From the IMG/VR virus record IMGVR_UViG_3300020057_000027, positions 1 through 64,000 of that record: a stretch of 64,000 bases of DNA. One strand, given 5' to 3'. Positions 1 to 8,317 of the stretch are shown here, piece after piece (position 1 is the stretch's first letter; each line of letters begins with the position of its first letter). Source of the DNA: a virus. Both the position numbers and the translations under genes were made by a program. The notes beneath the pieces are model-generated. The model saw only the letters and a list, made by a program, of their open reading frames with translations. It did no database searches and was not told the DNA's origin.

Positions 1-2
1 AT

Positions 3-1067
3 ATTATTAAACCAGTTTCAATTAATTCACAAGAAGCTTTTGGTACTCATACAATTGTATCTACTATTCATGTTCTATCTATTGATAGCGAAGAATACAT
101 TGGCACACATCAATTAAATCTTACTATTAATCCTATCAGCATATACTCACAAGAATATGTAACACCAACTGGCCAGATCAACATGGCGATCCCAGAAGGT
201 AGTATTGGTTCTGGTGAAATCTTTGGTATACCAAGAGTTCGTAAATGGATTCACGTAACGAATTATGCTATACCTTCACAAGAAATATTTGGGCTACCAA
301 AAATAGCTTCAATTATTAAACCTGTTGGTATTGTTCCTGGAATCATTGGTTCGCATACATTACTACGTGGTGTTGTTTACATAGACCCAATAGGAATAAT
401 ATCTTCTGAAGTTATCGGTTCACATAAGATTAGACAAATAATCAAACCTATAACTATCAATACCGAAGAAGCTCTTGGAATACCAAAACTAAGTAAGACC
501 ATTAAACCTATTGGATTAGGTTCTGCTTCACTATTTGGTTTACATAAGATAAAATATGTAATCACTACAAGTGGATTCGGTGGTGAAGTATTCAGTATAC
601 CTAAAGTACACTTGAAGATTTTCATAGCTGGCTATATACCAACTACAGTTTTTGGTGATATAACTATAACACAAACTGAAGCTAAGATTGGAACTATAAG
701 TATTCCATCATCTGAAGCGTTCGGTTTACATAAGATCAACTATATAATCAAGCCAGTTGGAGTACCATCTGGTGAAGACTTTACAAGATATGACATATAC
801 GCTTCAAGTATTCCAAGTGGAGAAATATTTGGAACACCAAGAATCGGATATGTAATTCATATAAATAACATAAGTTCTGAAGAACAACATGGTAGCCATA
901 TTGTATATCATCAACTGATATCAATGGAAGCTAATAATGGTGGTATAAGTTCTGGTGAGGTATTCGGAAATCATTGGGTTGTTAATCATACAGCTAGAAG
1001 ATTTTTCCGATCAACTGCTAAACCAAGAAATTATAAATATAATATTGAAAGACGTTTTAAACCTTAA
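3..1067 (+). CDS. Repeat-rich putative fibre/structural protein, 5'-truncated by the window
   Basis: Frame is open from position 3 (IIKPVSINSQEAFGTH...) into ORF 183..1067; ~19-20 aa repeat I.P..I.S.E.FG.H/P.I throughout. Confidence 0.6.
   Translation: MIKPVSINSQEAFGTHTIVSTIHVLSIDSEEYIGTHQLNLTINPISIYSQEYVTPTGQINMAIPEGSIGSGEIFGIPRVRKWIHVTNYAIPSQEIFGLPKIASIIKPVGIVPGIIGSHTLLRGVVYIDPIGIISSEVIGSHKIRQIIKPITINTEEALGIPKLSKTIKPIGLGSASLFGLHKIKYVITTSGFGGEVFSIPKVHLKIFIAGYIPTTVFGDITITQTEAKIGTISIPSSEAFGLHKINYIIKPVGVPSGEDFTRYDIYASSIPSGEIFGTPRIGYVIHINNISSEEQHGSHIVYHQLISMEANNGGISSGEVFGNHWVVNHTARRFFRSTAKPRNYKYNIERRFKP
1032..1039 (+). promoter_or_regulatory. T4-type late promoter TATAAATA
   Basis: Exact T4 gp55 consensus upstream of ORF 1083. 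Confidence 0.6.
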
Positions 1068-1082
1068 AGGAGAATAAACAAC

Positions 1083-1490
1083 ATGGCTAATGCACTTTTC
1101 GACAAGGGCCGCGAGGCTTTTCTAAATGGCGATATTGACTTTTTAAATGATGATATTCGTATCATCCTAGTTGACGCTGCTGATTACACAGTAAACTTGG
1201 CTACACATGATTTCCTAGATGACGTTGGTGTTGCTGCTCGTGTAGCGGTTTCATCTGCTTTGGCATCTAAGACTTCAACAAATGGTGTTGCTGATGCTGC
1301 CGACGTAACTTTCCCTCTAGTAACTGGCGACCAATCGGAAGCAATTGTTATCTATAAGCATACTGGTACTGAATCAACTTCAAACTTGATTGCTTATATT
1401 GACACTGCAACTGGTCTTCCTGTTACTCCAAACGGTGGTGATATCACTGTTCAGTGGGATAACGGAGCAAACAAGATCTTCAAACTCTAA
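1083..1490 (+). CDS. Putative virion structural (fibre/minor tail-like) protein
   Basis: Strong SD (AAGGAG), late promoter; Ala/Thr/Asp-rich, ends PNGGDITVQWDNGANKIFKL as in small phage structural proteins. Confidence 0.55.
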   Translation: MANALFDKGREAFLNGDIDFLNDDIRIILVDAADYTVNLATHDFLDDVGVAARVAVSSALASKTSTNGVADAADVTFPLVTGDQSEAIVIYKHTGTESTSNLIAYIDTATGLPVTPNGGDITVQWDNGANKIFKL

Positions 1491-1518
1491 TTAGAGTTTT
1501 CTTAAAGAAGATCATGCA

Positions 1519-1875
1519 ATGGCTTTTGATCGCAGACGACAAGATAATAAGCAACCATATGAGGAATGGCCCATTGAAGTAAGCTTCGGCCACTCTGGTG
1601 GGTCATTCAACTTGCCGCCTGGATCAAAAGAAATTGTTTCCTCAACTGCAAGTGCAGTTAAATGGCAGAGAAGAGATCCTGATAACAAGAGTGATGCCAC
1701 TCTTGAGATATTACAATCTTCTATACCAGTTATTATTAATCCTGGAAAGACTAAATTGGTTGTTTTAGTTAAAGGTGGTATCCACGACTACGACTATCAA
1801 ATAACGATAAGAGTTGTTTTTGATAACGGCGCAAAGTTGGAAGAAGAACTACTAATCAGAGTTCGTGAGGACTAG
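1519..1875 (+). CDS. Putative fibre adaptor protein
   Basis: KQPxE N-terminal motif and GG...Y.IT..V C-terminal pattern recalled from phage fibre-tail adaptor proteins; follows fibre-like genes. Confidence 0.4.
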   Translation: MAFDRRRQDNKQPYEEWPIEVSFGHSGGSFNLPPGSKEIVSSTASAVKWQRRDPDNKSDATLEILQSSIPVIINPGKTKLVVLVKGGIHDYDYQITIRVVFDNGAKLEEELLIRVRED

Positions 1876-1886
1876 ATTTACTGGAT

Positions 1887-1894
1887 TATAAATA
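1887..1894 (+). promoter_or_regulatory. T4-type late promoter TATAAATA
   Basis: Exact consensus upstream of gp22. Confidence 0.7.
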
Positions 1895-1939
1895 TCATTA
1901 CGCAATTAACTAACAAGCTTAGTTTAGGAGATTATTAAA

Positions 1940-3355
1940 ATGTCATTAAAAAGAAACACACTAAAAACTTTGAAGAGCATTCGCGAGAGTGCAGAATCGG
2001 ATCTTCCCACCCATGCTTCTGATGCTGGTGTAGAGATTCCTGATAGTGCTGAAAAGCGCGGAAATCGCGCAATTAAATCGGCGCTTAATGGTAAAGCAAT
2101 TGCTGATGCTTCCGGTAAAAAAGGCTCCGCTGCTGGTCGAGAGATTCCCGAAGAAGTAGAAGATGACGAGAAATTAGATGAAGGCGCAGACGAAGATCTT
2201 CCTACTCATGCTTCTGATGCCGCAGTACAAATTCCTGAGAAAAGAAAACTTCGTAAAGAAGACGATGACAAGATGGCTAAACTTAGAGCCATGAAAGAGG
2301 AAGACGAGGACAAGGAAGAACTTGACGAAGAGGAAGACGAGGACAAGAAAAAACTCGACGAAGACGAAGACAAGGAAGAACTTGACGAAGAGGAAGACGA
2401 GGACAAGATGGCTAAACTTAGAGCCATGAAAGAGTCCGATGAGTCTGACGAAGACGATCTTAAAGAGGAAGAGGACAAGGAAGAACTTGACGAAGAGGAA
2501 GACGAGGACAAGATGGCTAAACTTAGAGCCATGAAAGAGGAAGAAGAGGACAAGAAAGACGCAAAACTTTCTGAAGAAGAAGAAAAAGAACTTGAAGAAG
2601 AAGATGAAGAGGAACTTAAGAAGCACGTAGAGGCTCTTACTTCCGATGAAGATCTTCCTGAAAGTTTTAAGAAAAAGGCCGCAACAATTTTTGAGGCTGC
2701 TGTTAAAGCATCTGCAAAGAAGCGAACTGATCTTTTCCGCAAGAAACTTTCTGAAGTATACAAAAAGAAACTTAATAAAAGAAGTTCAAAAATCTCTGAG
2801 AAGTTAGTTGACAAAGTAGACGGTTATCTGGACTACGTTGTTGAAGAATGGATCAAAGAGAACGAAGTAGCGATTGAAACAGGTCTTAAAACACAGATAG
2901 TTGAAAAATTCATCGGTGGTCTAAAGAACTTGTTTGAAACTCACTACATTGAAGTGCCTGCGACTAAGACTGACGTTTTAGCTGAACAGGCCAACAAGAT
3001 TGATGGGTTAGAGAAAGAGTTAAATGAGTCTCTCAATAAAAATGTTGAGATTCGCAAAAGACTTATTTCTTTAGAAAAACAATCTGTCATTAAAAAGTTA
3101 TCTGCTGGTTTAACTGTCTCAGAGGCAGCTAAATTTTCAGAGCTTTGTGAAGGGGTATCGTTTGAAGATGCGAAAGCATTTTCTGGTAAGCTTGCTATCG
3201 TAAGAGAAACATACTTCCCAAAAACCTCTAAACGTTCAGGTGATTTAGATAGTGCGTTACTGACTGAAGGTGGACTACAAGAGCCAGAATCAAGAACATC
3301 AAAAGATGAGATTGATTTAGCTGTTGACACTATTTCGCGTATGGTGAAAAAATAA
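1940..3355 (+). CDS. gp22: Prohead core scaffold protein
   Basis: FKKKAATIFEAAV, VDGYLDYVVEEW, GLKNLFETHYIEVP motifs; directly upstream of major capsid. Confidence 0.93.
   Translation: MSLKRNTLKTLKSIRESAESDLPTHASDAGVEIPDSAEKRGNRAIKSALNGKAIADASGKKGSAAGREIPEEVEDDEKLDEGADEDLPTHASDAAVQIPEKRKLRKEDDDKMAKLRAMKEEDEDKEELDEEEDEDKKKLDEDEDKEELDEEEDEDKMAKLRAMKESDESDEDDLKEEEDKEELDEEEDEDKMAKLRAMKEEEEDKKDAKLSEEEEKELEEEDEEELKKHVEALTSDEDLPESFKKKAATIFEAAVKASAKKRTDLFRKKLSEVYKKKLNKRSSKISEKLVDKVDGYLDYVVEEWIKENEVAIETGLKTQIVEKFIGGLKNLFETHYIEVPATKTDVLAEQANKIDGLEKELNESLNKNVEIRKRLISLEKQSVIKKLSAGLTVSEAAKFSELCEGVSFEDAKAFSGKLAIVRETYFPKTSKRSGDLDSALLTEGGLQEPESRTSKDEIDLAVDTISRMVKK
2267..2560 (+). repeat. Intragenic repeats in gp22 (DKMAKLRAMKE x3, KEELDEEEDED x3)
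   Basis: Identical DNA block gacaagatggctaaacttagagccatgaaagag at 2267, 2402 and 2507. Confidence 0.9.
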
Positions 3356-3411
3356 AAAAGATAAATACTTTTAGAGAAATTCACAAAGTAATTTAACAAG
3401 GAGAATTAAAC

Positions 3412-4713
3412 ATGTATCTCTCAGAAGAACTTCAAAAGAAATGGGACAAGATTCTTAATCATAAGGATCTCCCACAAATTAAGGATTCACACCGTCGAGC
3501 AGTATGTGCAGTACTGTTAGAAAACCAAGAACGCGACATGCGTGAGCAAGGAACATTCGGGCTTAATATGCTCGCAGAAGCCGCTCCTGCTAACGCCGCA
3601 CAAGGTTTTCCTAACAACAACGCAAACTTGAAGGGTTACGATCCAGTGCTAATTTCACTGATTCGTCGATCATTGCCTAATTTGATGGCATTTGACGTGT
3701 GTGGCGTACAGCCAATGAAAGCTCCAACCGGATTGATCTTCGCATTGAAGAGCAAGTACACATCGCAAGGTGGCGTAGAAGCACTTCATAATGAAGCAGA
3801 TACAGACTTTTCTGGCGACCCTGCATCGGTGCATTCAAATCCTCTTGACCCATTTGGTCCTCCAACTCGTGGCGAAGGTCTTTCGACTTCTGCTGCTGAG
3901 CGTCTTGGTGGCGGTGGAGTCGGTGATGGTGTGTTTGCTGAAATGGCATTCTCGATTGATAAAGTTTCTGTTGAAGCTAAGACTCGTGCCCTTAAAGCAG
4001 AGTACACAATGGAAATTGCTCAAGATTTGAAAGCTGTTCATGGTTTAGATGCTGAGTCTGAACTTGCTAACATTCTTTCTGCTGAAATCTTGGCTGAAAT
4101 CAATCGTGAAATCATTCGTACAATTTACATCTCTGCTGTGCCTGGTGCCCAACAAGATGTTTCTGTTGCTGGCGAATTCGATCTAGATGTAGATTCAAAT
4201 GGACGTTGGTCTGTTGAAAAGTACAAGGGTCTGATGGTTCAGATGGAACGCGATGCTAACGCAATTGCTAAAGAAACTCGTCGTGGTCGTGGTAACTTTG
4301 TTATCTGTGACTCCGATACGGCTTCTGCTCTTAGCGTTGCTGGTCTTCTTGATTGCGGTAGCGCATTGAAAGATAACCTAAACGTTGATGACACTGGCAA
4401 CACTTTTGTTGGTGTTCTTAATGGACGTTTCAAGGTATTCGTTGACCCTTATGCTCCTCTTACACAGAATTTCTATGTAATGGGATTCAAAGGAAGCAAT
4501 CAGTACGATGCTGGATTGTTCTATTGCCCATACGTTCCGCTTCAAATGTTGCGTGCCGTTGGTCAAGATTCATTCCAACCAAAAATTGGATTCAAGACCC
4601 GTTACGGTATTGTTGCTAATCCGTTCTCAAATCTTGCTGGAAATAGCAACGGTGCGATTACTGCTGGCACAAACGTATATTATCGGAAAATTCGTGTTCG
4701 GAACCTCCTCTAG
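3412..4713 (+). CDS. gp23: Major capsid protein
   Basis: LLENQE, DPVLISLIRR, GVQPM, EMAFSIDK, YCPYVPLQM, FQPKIGFKTRYG motifs. Confidence 0.98.
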   Translation: MYLSEELQKKWDKILNHKDLPQIKDSHRRAVCAVLLENQERDMREQGTFGLNMLAEAAPANAAQGFPNNNANLKGYDPVLISLIRRSLPNLMAFDVCGVQPMKAPTGLIFALKSKYTSQGGVEALHNEADTDFSGDPASVHSNPLDPFGPPTRGEGLSTSAAERLGGGGVGDGVFAEMAFSIDKVSVEAKTRALKAEYTMEIAQDLKAVHGLDAESELANILSAEILAEINREIIRTIYISAVPGAQQDVSVAGEFDLDVDSNGRWSVEKYKGLMVQMERDANAIAKETRRGRGNFVICDSDTASALSVAGLLDCGSALKDNLNVDDTGNTFVGVLNGRFKVFVDPYAPLTQNFYVMGFKGSNQYDAGLFYCPYVPLQMLRAVGQDSFQPKIGFKTRYGIVANPFSNLAGNSNGAITAGTNVYYRKIRVRNLL

Positions 4714-4739
4714 GACGAATTGGTTTTTGAATTGAAAAG

Positions 4740-4769
4740 AATCAGGGGGCTTTATGTCCCCTGATTTTT
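4740..4769 (+). terminator. Rho-independent terminator after gp23
   Basis: aatcagggg...cccctgatt stem followed by T run. Confidence 0.85.
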
Positions 4770-4805
4770 ATCTTATATTACTACAATAAAGTATGGTTAC
4801 GCAAT

Positions 4806-5552
4806 ATGGACGTCATTTTTTCAATTTATCGTATTACTAATCTTTCTAATGAAAGAAAATATATTGGCCTGACACAACAAACGCCGCCACGTAAAAGGTG
4901 GGACCAACACAAATCACCTAAGGGACCACAACAAAAAGCAAAACCACTACACAGGGCTATTTTAAAACACGGTAAAGTTAATTTTAAATTTGAAATACTA
5001 TGTCAAACAAAAAATTTGGATCATGCAAAGGAATTAGAAAAGTATTTTATTAAAATATCTAATAGTTTAGCAAATGGTGGTTGGGGATATAATCTCACTG
5101 ATGGTGGTGATGGTGGTATTTGGGGCTATAAATTTTCGGATGAACAGAAAAAACAAATGTCCGAATCAGCCAAGAAAAGATGGACACCAGAAGAAAGAAA
5201 AAAATACTCTGAAATGCAAAAGGGTAAAATACAATCACCCGAATCTAATAGAAAGAGATCGGAAAAACTAAAAGGTATATCCACAAGGGGCTCAGGTTGG
5301 TCTATGTCAATAGAGCATAAACAAGCAATATCAGATGCCATGATGCACCATAAAAAATCTGACGCATTCAAAGAAAAGACTAGAGCAAGAATGTCCAAAC
5401 AATGGAGTCTTACATCGCCAGAGGGAATTATTCACAGAATAACCAATCTCACCAAGTTCTGTCGGGAACATAACCTATCTACCCAAAACCTCTGGAAAGT
5501 ATCTAAAGGTATTATTTCACAGAGCCAGGGCTGGAAATGCAAATCTCTTTAA
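4806..5552 (+). CDS. Free-standing GIY-YIG (Seg-like) homing endonuclease with NUMOD3-like repeats
   Basis: IYRITN...KYIG, GYNLTDGGDG, S.E...K.S repeats. Confidence 0.9.
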   Translation: MDVIFSIYRITNLSNERKYIGLTQQTPPRKRWDQHKSPKGPQQKAKPLHRAILKHGKVNFKFEILCQTKNLDHAKELEKYFIKISNSLANGGWGYNLTDGGDGGIWGYKFSDEQKKQMSESAKKRWTPEERKKYSEMQKGKIQSPESNRKRSEKLKGISTRGSGWSMSIEHKQAISDAMMHHKKSDAFKEKTRARMSKQWSLTSPEGIIHRITNLTKFCREHNLSTQNLWKVSKGIISQSQGWKCKSL

Positions 5553-5665
5553 TCTTGGCCTATTTCTCTTCCAAGCATATATATTTTTATATTGCATTTG
5601 GATAGGGTTCATGTTAAAATAAATACTATGAACCTTATAATACAATCAAAAAGAGCAAGTCTATT

Positions 5666-6226
5666 ATGACCGAACAAATTAAAAATAGGAACTTTGCTTC
5701 ACCTCTCAGATTTGATTTTAGCATAGATCGATTAAAGAACGTAGACTTTTTTGTTCAAGCTGCTAACGTCCCAGGAATAACTTTACCTGCCACTTCAAAC
5801 GCCCAAGGCACTCCGTTCAATAATATTCCTTGGCAGGGTGATAGACTTTCTTGGGGAGAACTTGTTGTTGATTTCAAAGTAGATGAAGACATTAAGAACT
5901 GGACGGATATCTTTAACTGGATGAAAGGCATTGGTTTCCCAGAAAACTTTGTTCAGTATTCTGATCTCAAGAAAGGTATTGATAAAGATATTGATGGTGG
6001 TACACGAAAATTACTTCCACCTGCTACTAAGATCGGACAGATATATGGACAAGCTTTATTAGTTGTTCGTAACAGCCAGAATAATGTTGTGCTAGAAATA
6101 GCATATCAAGATGTTTATCCAACCTCATTAAGTGAATTGAAATTTGATACTAGAGATGAAAATGTAATTGAGTTGACCTGTACTGCTATTTTCAAATATG
6201 ATCTATACCGAATTACAAGACCTTAA
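5666..6226 (+). CDS. gp3: Tail completion / tube terminator protein
   Basis: NFASPLRF, FFVQAANVPGI, F.VDED..NW, YPTSLSEL.FD motifs; position after gp23. Confidence 0.85.
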   Translation: MTEQIKNRNFASPLRFDFSIDRLKNVDFFVQAANVPGITLPATSNAQGTPFNNIPWQGDRLSWGELVVDFKVDEDIKNWTDIFNWMKGIGFPENFVQYSDLKKGIDKDIDGGTRKLLPPATKIGQIYGQALLVVRNSQNNVVLEIAYQDVYPTSLSELKFDTRDENVIELTCTAIFKYDLYRITRP

Positions 6227-6237
6227 AGGAAAATTAT

Positions 6238-6570
6238 ATGGCACGTAGACCTAAGAAAATTAAAATCAACGAAACCGATTATAAGGTTATTAGCCGCGCT
6301 AAATCTTGGGGTGCTAGTAAAGAAGCGCTCGGCCAGATAACATATCATAAACAACTAATAGAGATCACTAAGGGACAAAACGCCAGTGATTATCTTGATA
6401 CAGTTATTCACGAAGTCATGCACGGCATCATAGAAGAGTATGAAGTGTCTATGGACAGACGTAGAGAAGAAAAGTTTGTAACACAGATATCAAATAACTT
6501 AACAGATGTTTTGAAAAAGAATCCTAAGCTACTAGAATGGATCATTGAGCAAGCACAAAAAGCTGAGTAG
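6238..6570 (+). CDS. Small HEXXH metallopeptidase-like protein
   Basis: DTVIHEVMHGI then EE. Confidence 0.6.
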   Translation: MARRPKKIKINETDYKVISRAKSWGASKEALGQITYHKQLIEITKGQNASDYLDTVIHEVMHGIIEEYEVSMDRRREEKFVTQISNNLTDVLKKNPKLLEWIIEQAQKAE

Positions 6571-6585
6571 AAATGTATTATTGTT

Positions 6586-6828
6586 ATGAAAGTTCCAGAG
6601 TGGTTAAAAAGTTTAACACTACAACAAGAATTACTTTTGTATTTCCCATATACAGGTAATAGCGTATATGCTGAGTTCGCTGGCTATCTTGAAGACTGGC
6701 AACCAGGAATACGTGTTCAATATATCTGGAAGGGAGCAATCAAAACCGATCATCTACAATACGATAATTATAAAAATGAACCTGACAGTTACGATAACTG
6801 GATAGCATATGAGATGGGAAAGAAATGA
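6586..6828 (+). CDS. Hypothetical protein
   Basis: ORF packed in operon, ATGA overlap with next gene. Confidence 0.6.
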   Translation: MKVPEWLKSLTLQQELLLYFPYTGNSVYAEFAGYLEDWQPGIRVQYIWKGAIKTDHLQYDNYKNEPDSYDNWIAYEMGKK

Positions 6829-7175
6829 AAGTTATAATTGCTGGTAGTAGAAACTTTACTGATTACCAACTATTTGAAGAAGAGTTTTCAAAACTAAATC
6901 TAAAACCTACAGAGATTATTTCAGGTGGTGCTAGAGGTGCCGACTGTTGTGGAGAAATATACGCTTCACATAATAAGATTCCATTAAGAGTCTTTGAGGC
7001 TGACTGGGCACTATTTGGTAAAGCTGCTGGCCCAATAAGAAACGAAAACATGGCTAAGATAGCTGATTGCTTGGTTGCTTTCTGGGATGGTCAATCAAGA
7101 GGTACACTAGATATGATAAACAAAATGGAAAAGAAACATAAGCCAGTCCACATTATACTTGTTCCAAAATCTTAA
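6825..7175 (+). CDS. SLOG-family (YspA/DUF2493-like) protein
   Basis: IIAGSR, IISGGARGAD, GKAAGPIRN, AFWDGQSRGT. Confidence 0.85.
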   Translation: MKVIIAGSRNFTDYQLFEEEFSKLNLKPTEIISGGARGADCCGEIYASHNKIPLRVFEADWALFGKAAGPIRNENMAKIADCLVAFWDGQSRGTLDMINKMEKKHKPVHIILVPKS

Positions 7176-7195
7176 TAATGTTATTATAGGTTACT

Positions 7196-7513
7196 ATGAA
7201 TTTTGAATACAGAACAGAATTTTCGGAATCAGAGAGTGAATATCTCTGGAGCGCAGGCGTGTGTCTTGATGATTGGGACTATGCTATCATCACTCATGAT
7301 CTAAATGAGTTTGAAGAAACTGATGATATGACTACCGCAGATGAATGGGATGAAAATTCAAAGTCATATAAAACTGTAGCTGTTCCTTTTAAGCTATTAG
7401 CTCCAAAAGAATATAATCTATCAAGACTTTTACAGGGTTGTTGTGATAACACTTGGTATAAAATCAAATGGCAAGGTAAAGATGCTATCATAGGACTTGC
7501 TTACCATGCTTAG
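7196..7513 (+). CDS. Hypothetical protein
   Basis: ORF, phage-like composition. Confidence 0.6.
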   Translation: MNFEYRTEFSESESEYLWSAGVCLDDWDYAIITHDLNEFEETDDMTTADEWDENSKSYKTVAVPFKLLAPKEYNLSRLLQGCCDNTWYKIKWQGKDAIIGLAYHA

Positions 7514-7514
7514 T

Positions 7515-7640
7515 ATGGCAGAAGATTTCTGGTATCATAAAAAAGCTATTATTGATGGCCATGAAATAACTATATCTCTATGTAAAGTTGAAGAAGAAAC
7601 TATTGAAGAAGCAAGATTAGTTCATCATAACGAAGATTAA
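7515..7640 (+). CDS. Small hypothetical protein (41 aa, not in ORF track)
   Basis: MAEDFWYHKK...HHNED fills the gap with 1-nt spacing on each side. Confidence 0.5.
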   Translation: MAEDFWYHKKAIIDGHEITISLCKVEEETIEEARLVHHNED

Positions 7641-7641
7641 T

Positions 7642-8073
7642 ATGAAGTTAGAAGAGATTGAAGCACTATGGGATGAAGATGTTAAGATCGACAGGTCTTC
7701 TCTTGACGAAGAGAGTCTAAAGATTCCATTCTTACATAACAAATATTATAAGTTATACCTAAGAGAAAAAGTCCAACTCAAGTCTGAACAGAATAACGTA
7801 GCTCAGTTCTATAAACTTAAGCATGAATACTACACTGGAAAACTTTCAGGTAATGAATGTAAAGAACTTGGATGGGAACCGTTCCAATTTGTTCTTAAAG
7901 GTGACGTTCAAATATATCTTGATGCTGATAAAGAATTAGCAGATAAATTAATCAAGGTAACAGTTCAAAAAGAAAAGGTAGCATTTCTGGAAGAGATTAT
8001 TAAAACATTGAACACTAGAAACTTTTTGATTAAGAACGCTATTGATTTTAGAAAATTTGCTAATGGGGGTTAA
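7642..8073 (+). CDS. uvsY: Recombination mediator UvsY
   Basis: SLKIP.LH.KY, YY.GK, Y.DAD, IKNAIDFRKF; upstream of uvsW. Confidence 0.92.
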   Translation: MKLEEIEALWDEDVKIDRSSLDEESLKIPFLHNKYYKLYLREKVQLKSEQNNVAQFYKLKHEYYTGKLSGNECKELGWEPFQFVLKGDVQIYLDADKELADKLIKVTVQKEKVAFLEEIIKTLNTRNFLIKNAIDFRKFANGG

Positions 8074-8074
8074 T

Positions 8075-8317
8075 ATGGATTTTGATGAGTTCGCTAGACT
8101 TAAAACGCCACACTTGGTTGCTTTCAGTTTCTCAGTTTTGATCGTTGGTCTTACTGTGGCTTATGGGATATTCGCTTTTACGCACCGCCTAAATAACACT
8201 AGCGAGTGTAATTGTGGGATAAGCGAAAAGTCTAATGGAACATCTATCGATCAAAAAGATCAACCAAGTCTACGTAAGGGTAGAGACTTCTTCTGGAGTG
8301 ATCCAGGAGCTTTCTGA
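8075..8317 (+). CDS. Small membrane protein
   Basis: One hydrophobic segment; 3' part overlaps uvsW. Confidence 0.4.
   Translation: MDFDEFARLKTPHLVAFSFSVLIVGLTVAYGIFAFTHRLNNTSECNCGISEKSNGTSIDQKDQPSLRKGRDFFWSDPGAF

Noticed and set aside
2174-2814. Minus-strand poly-Ser and Phe/Leu-rich ORFs (also 44194..44502)
   Set aside because: Antisense shadows of Glu/Asp-rich repeats in real + strand genes
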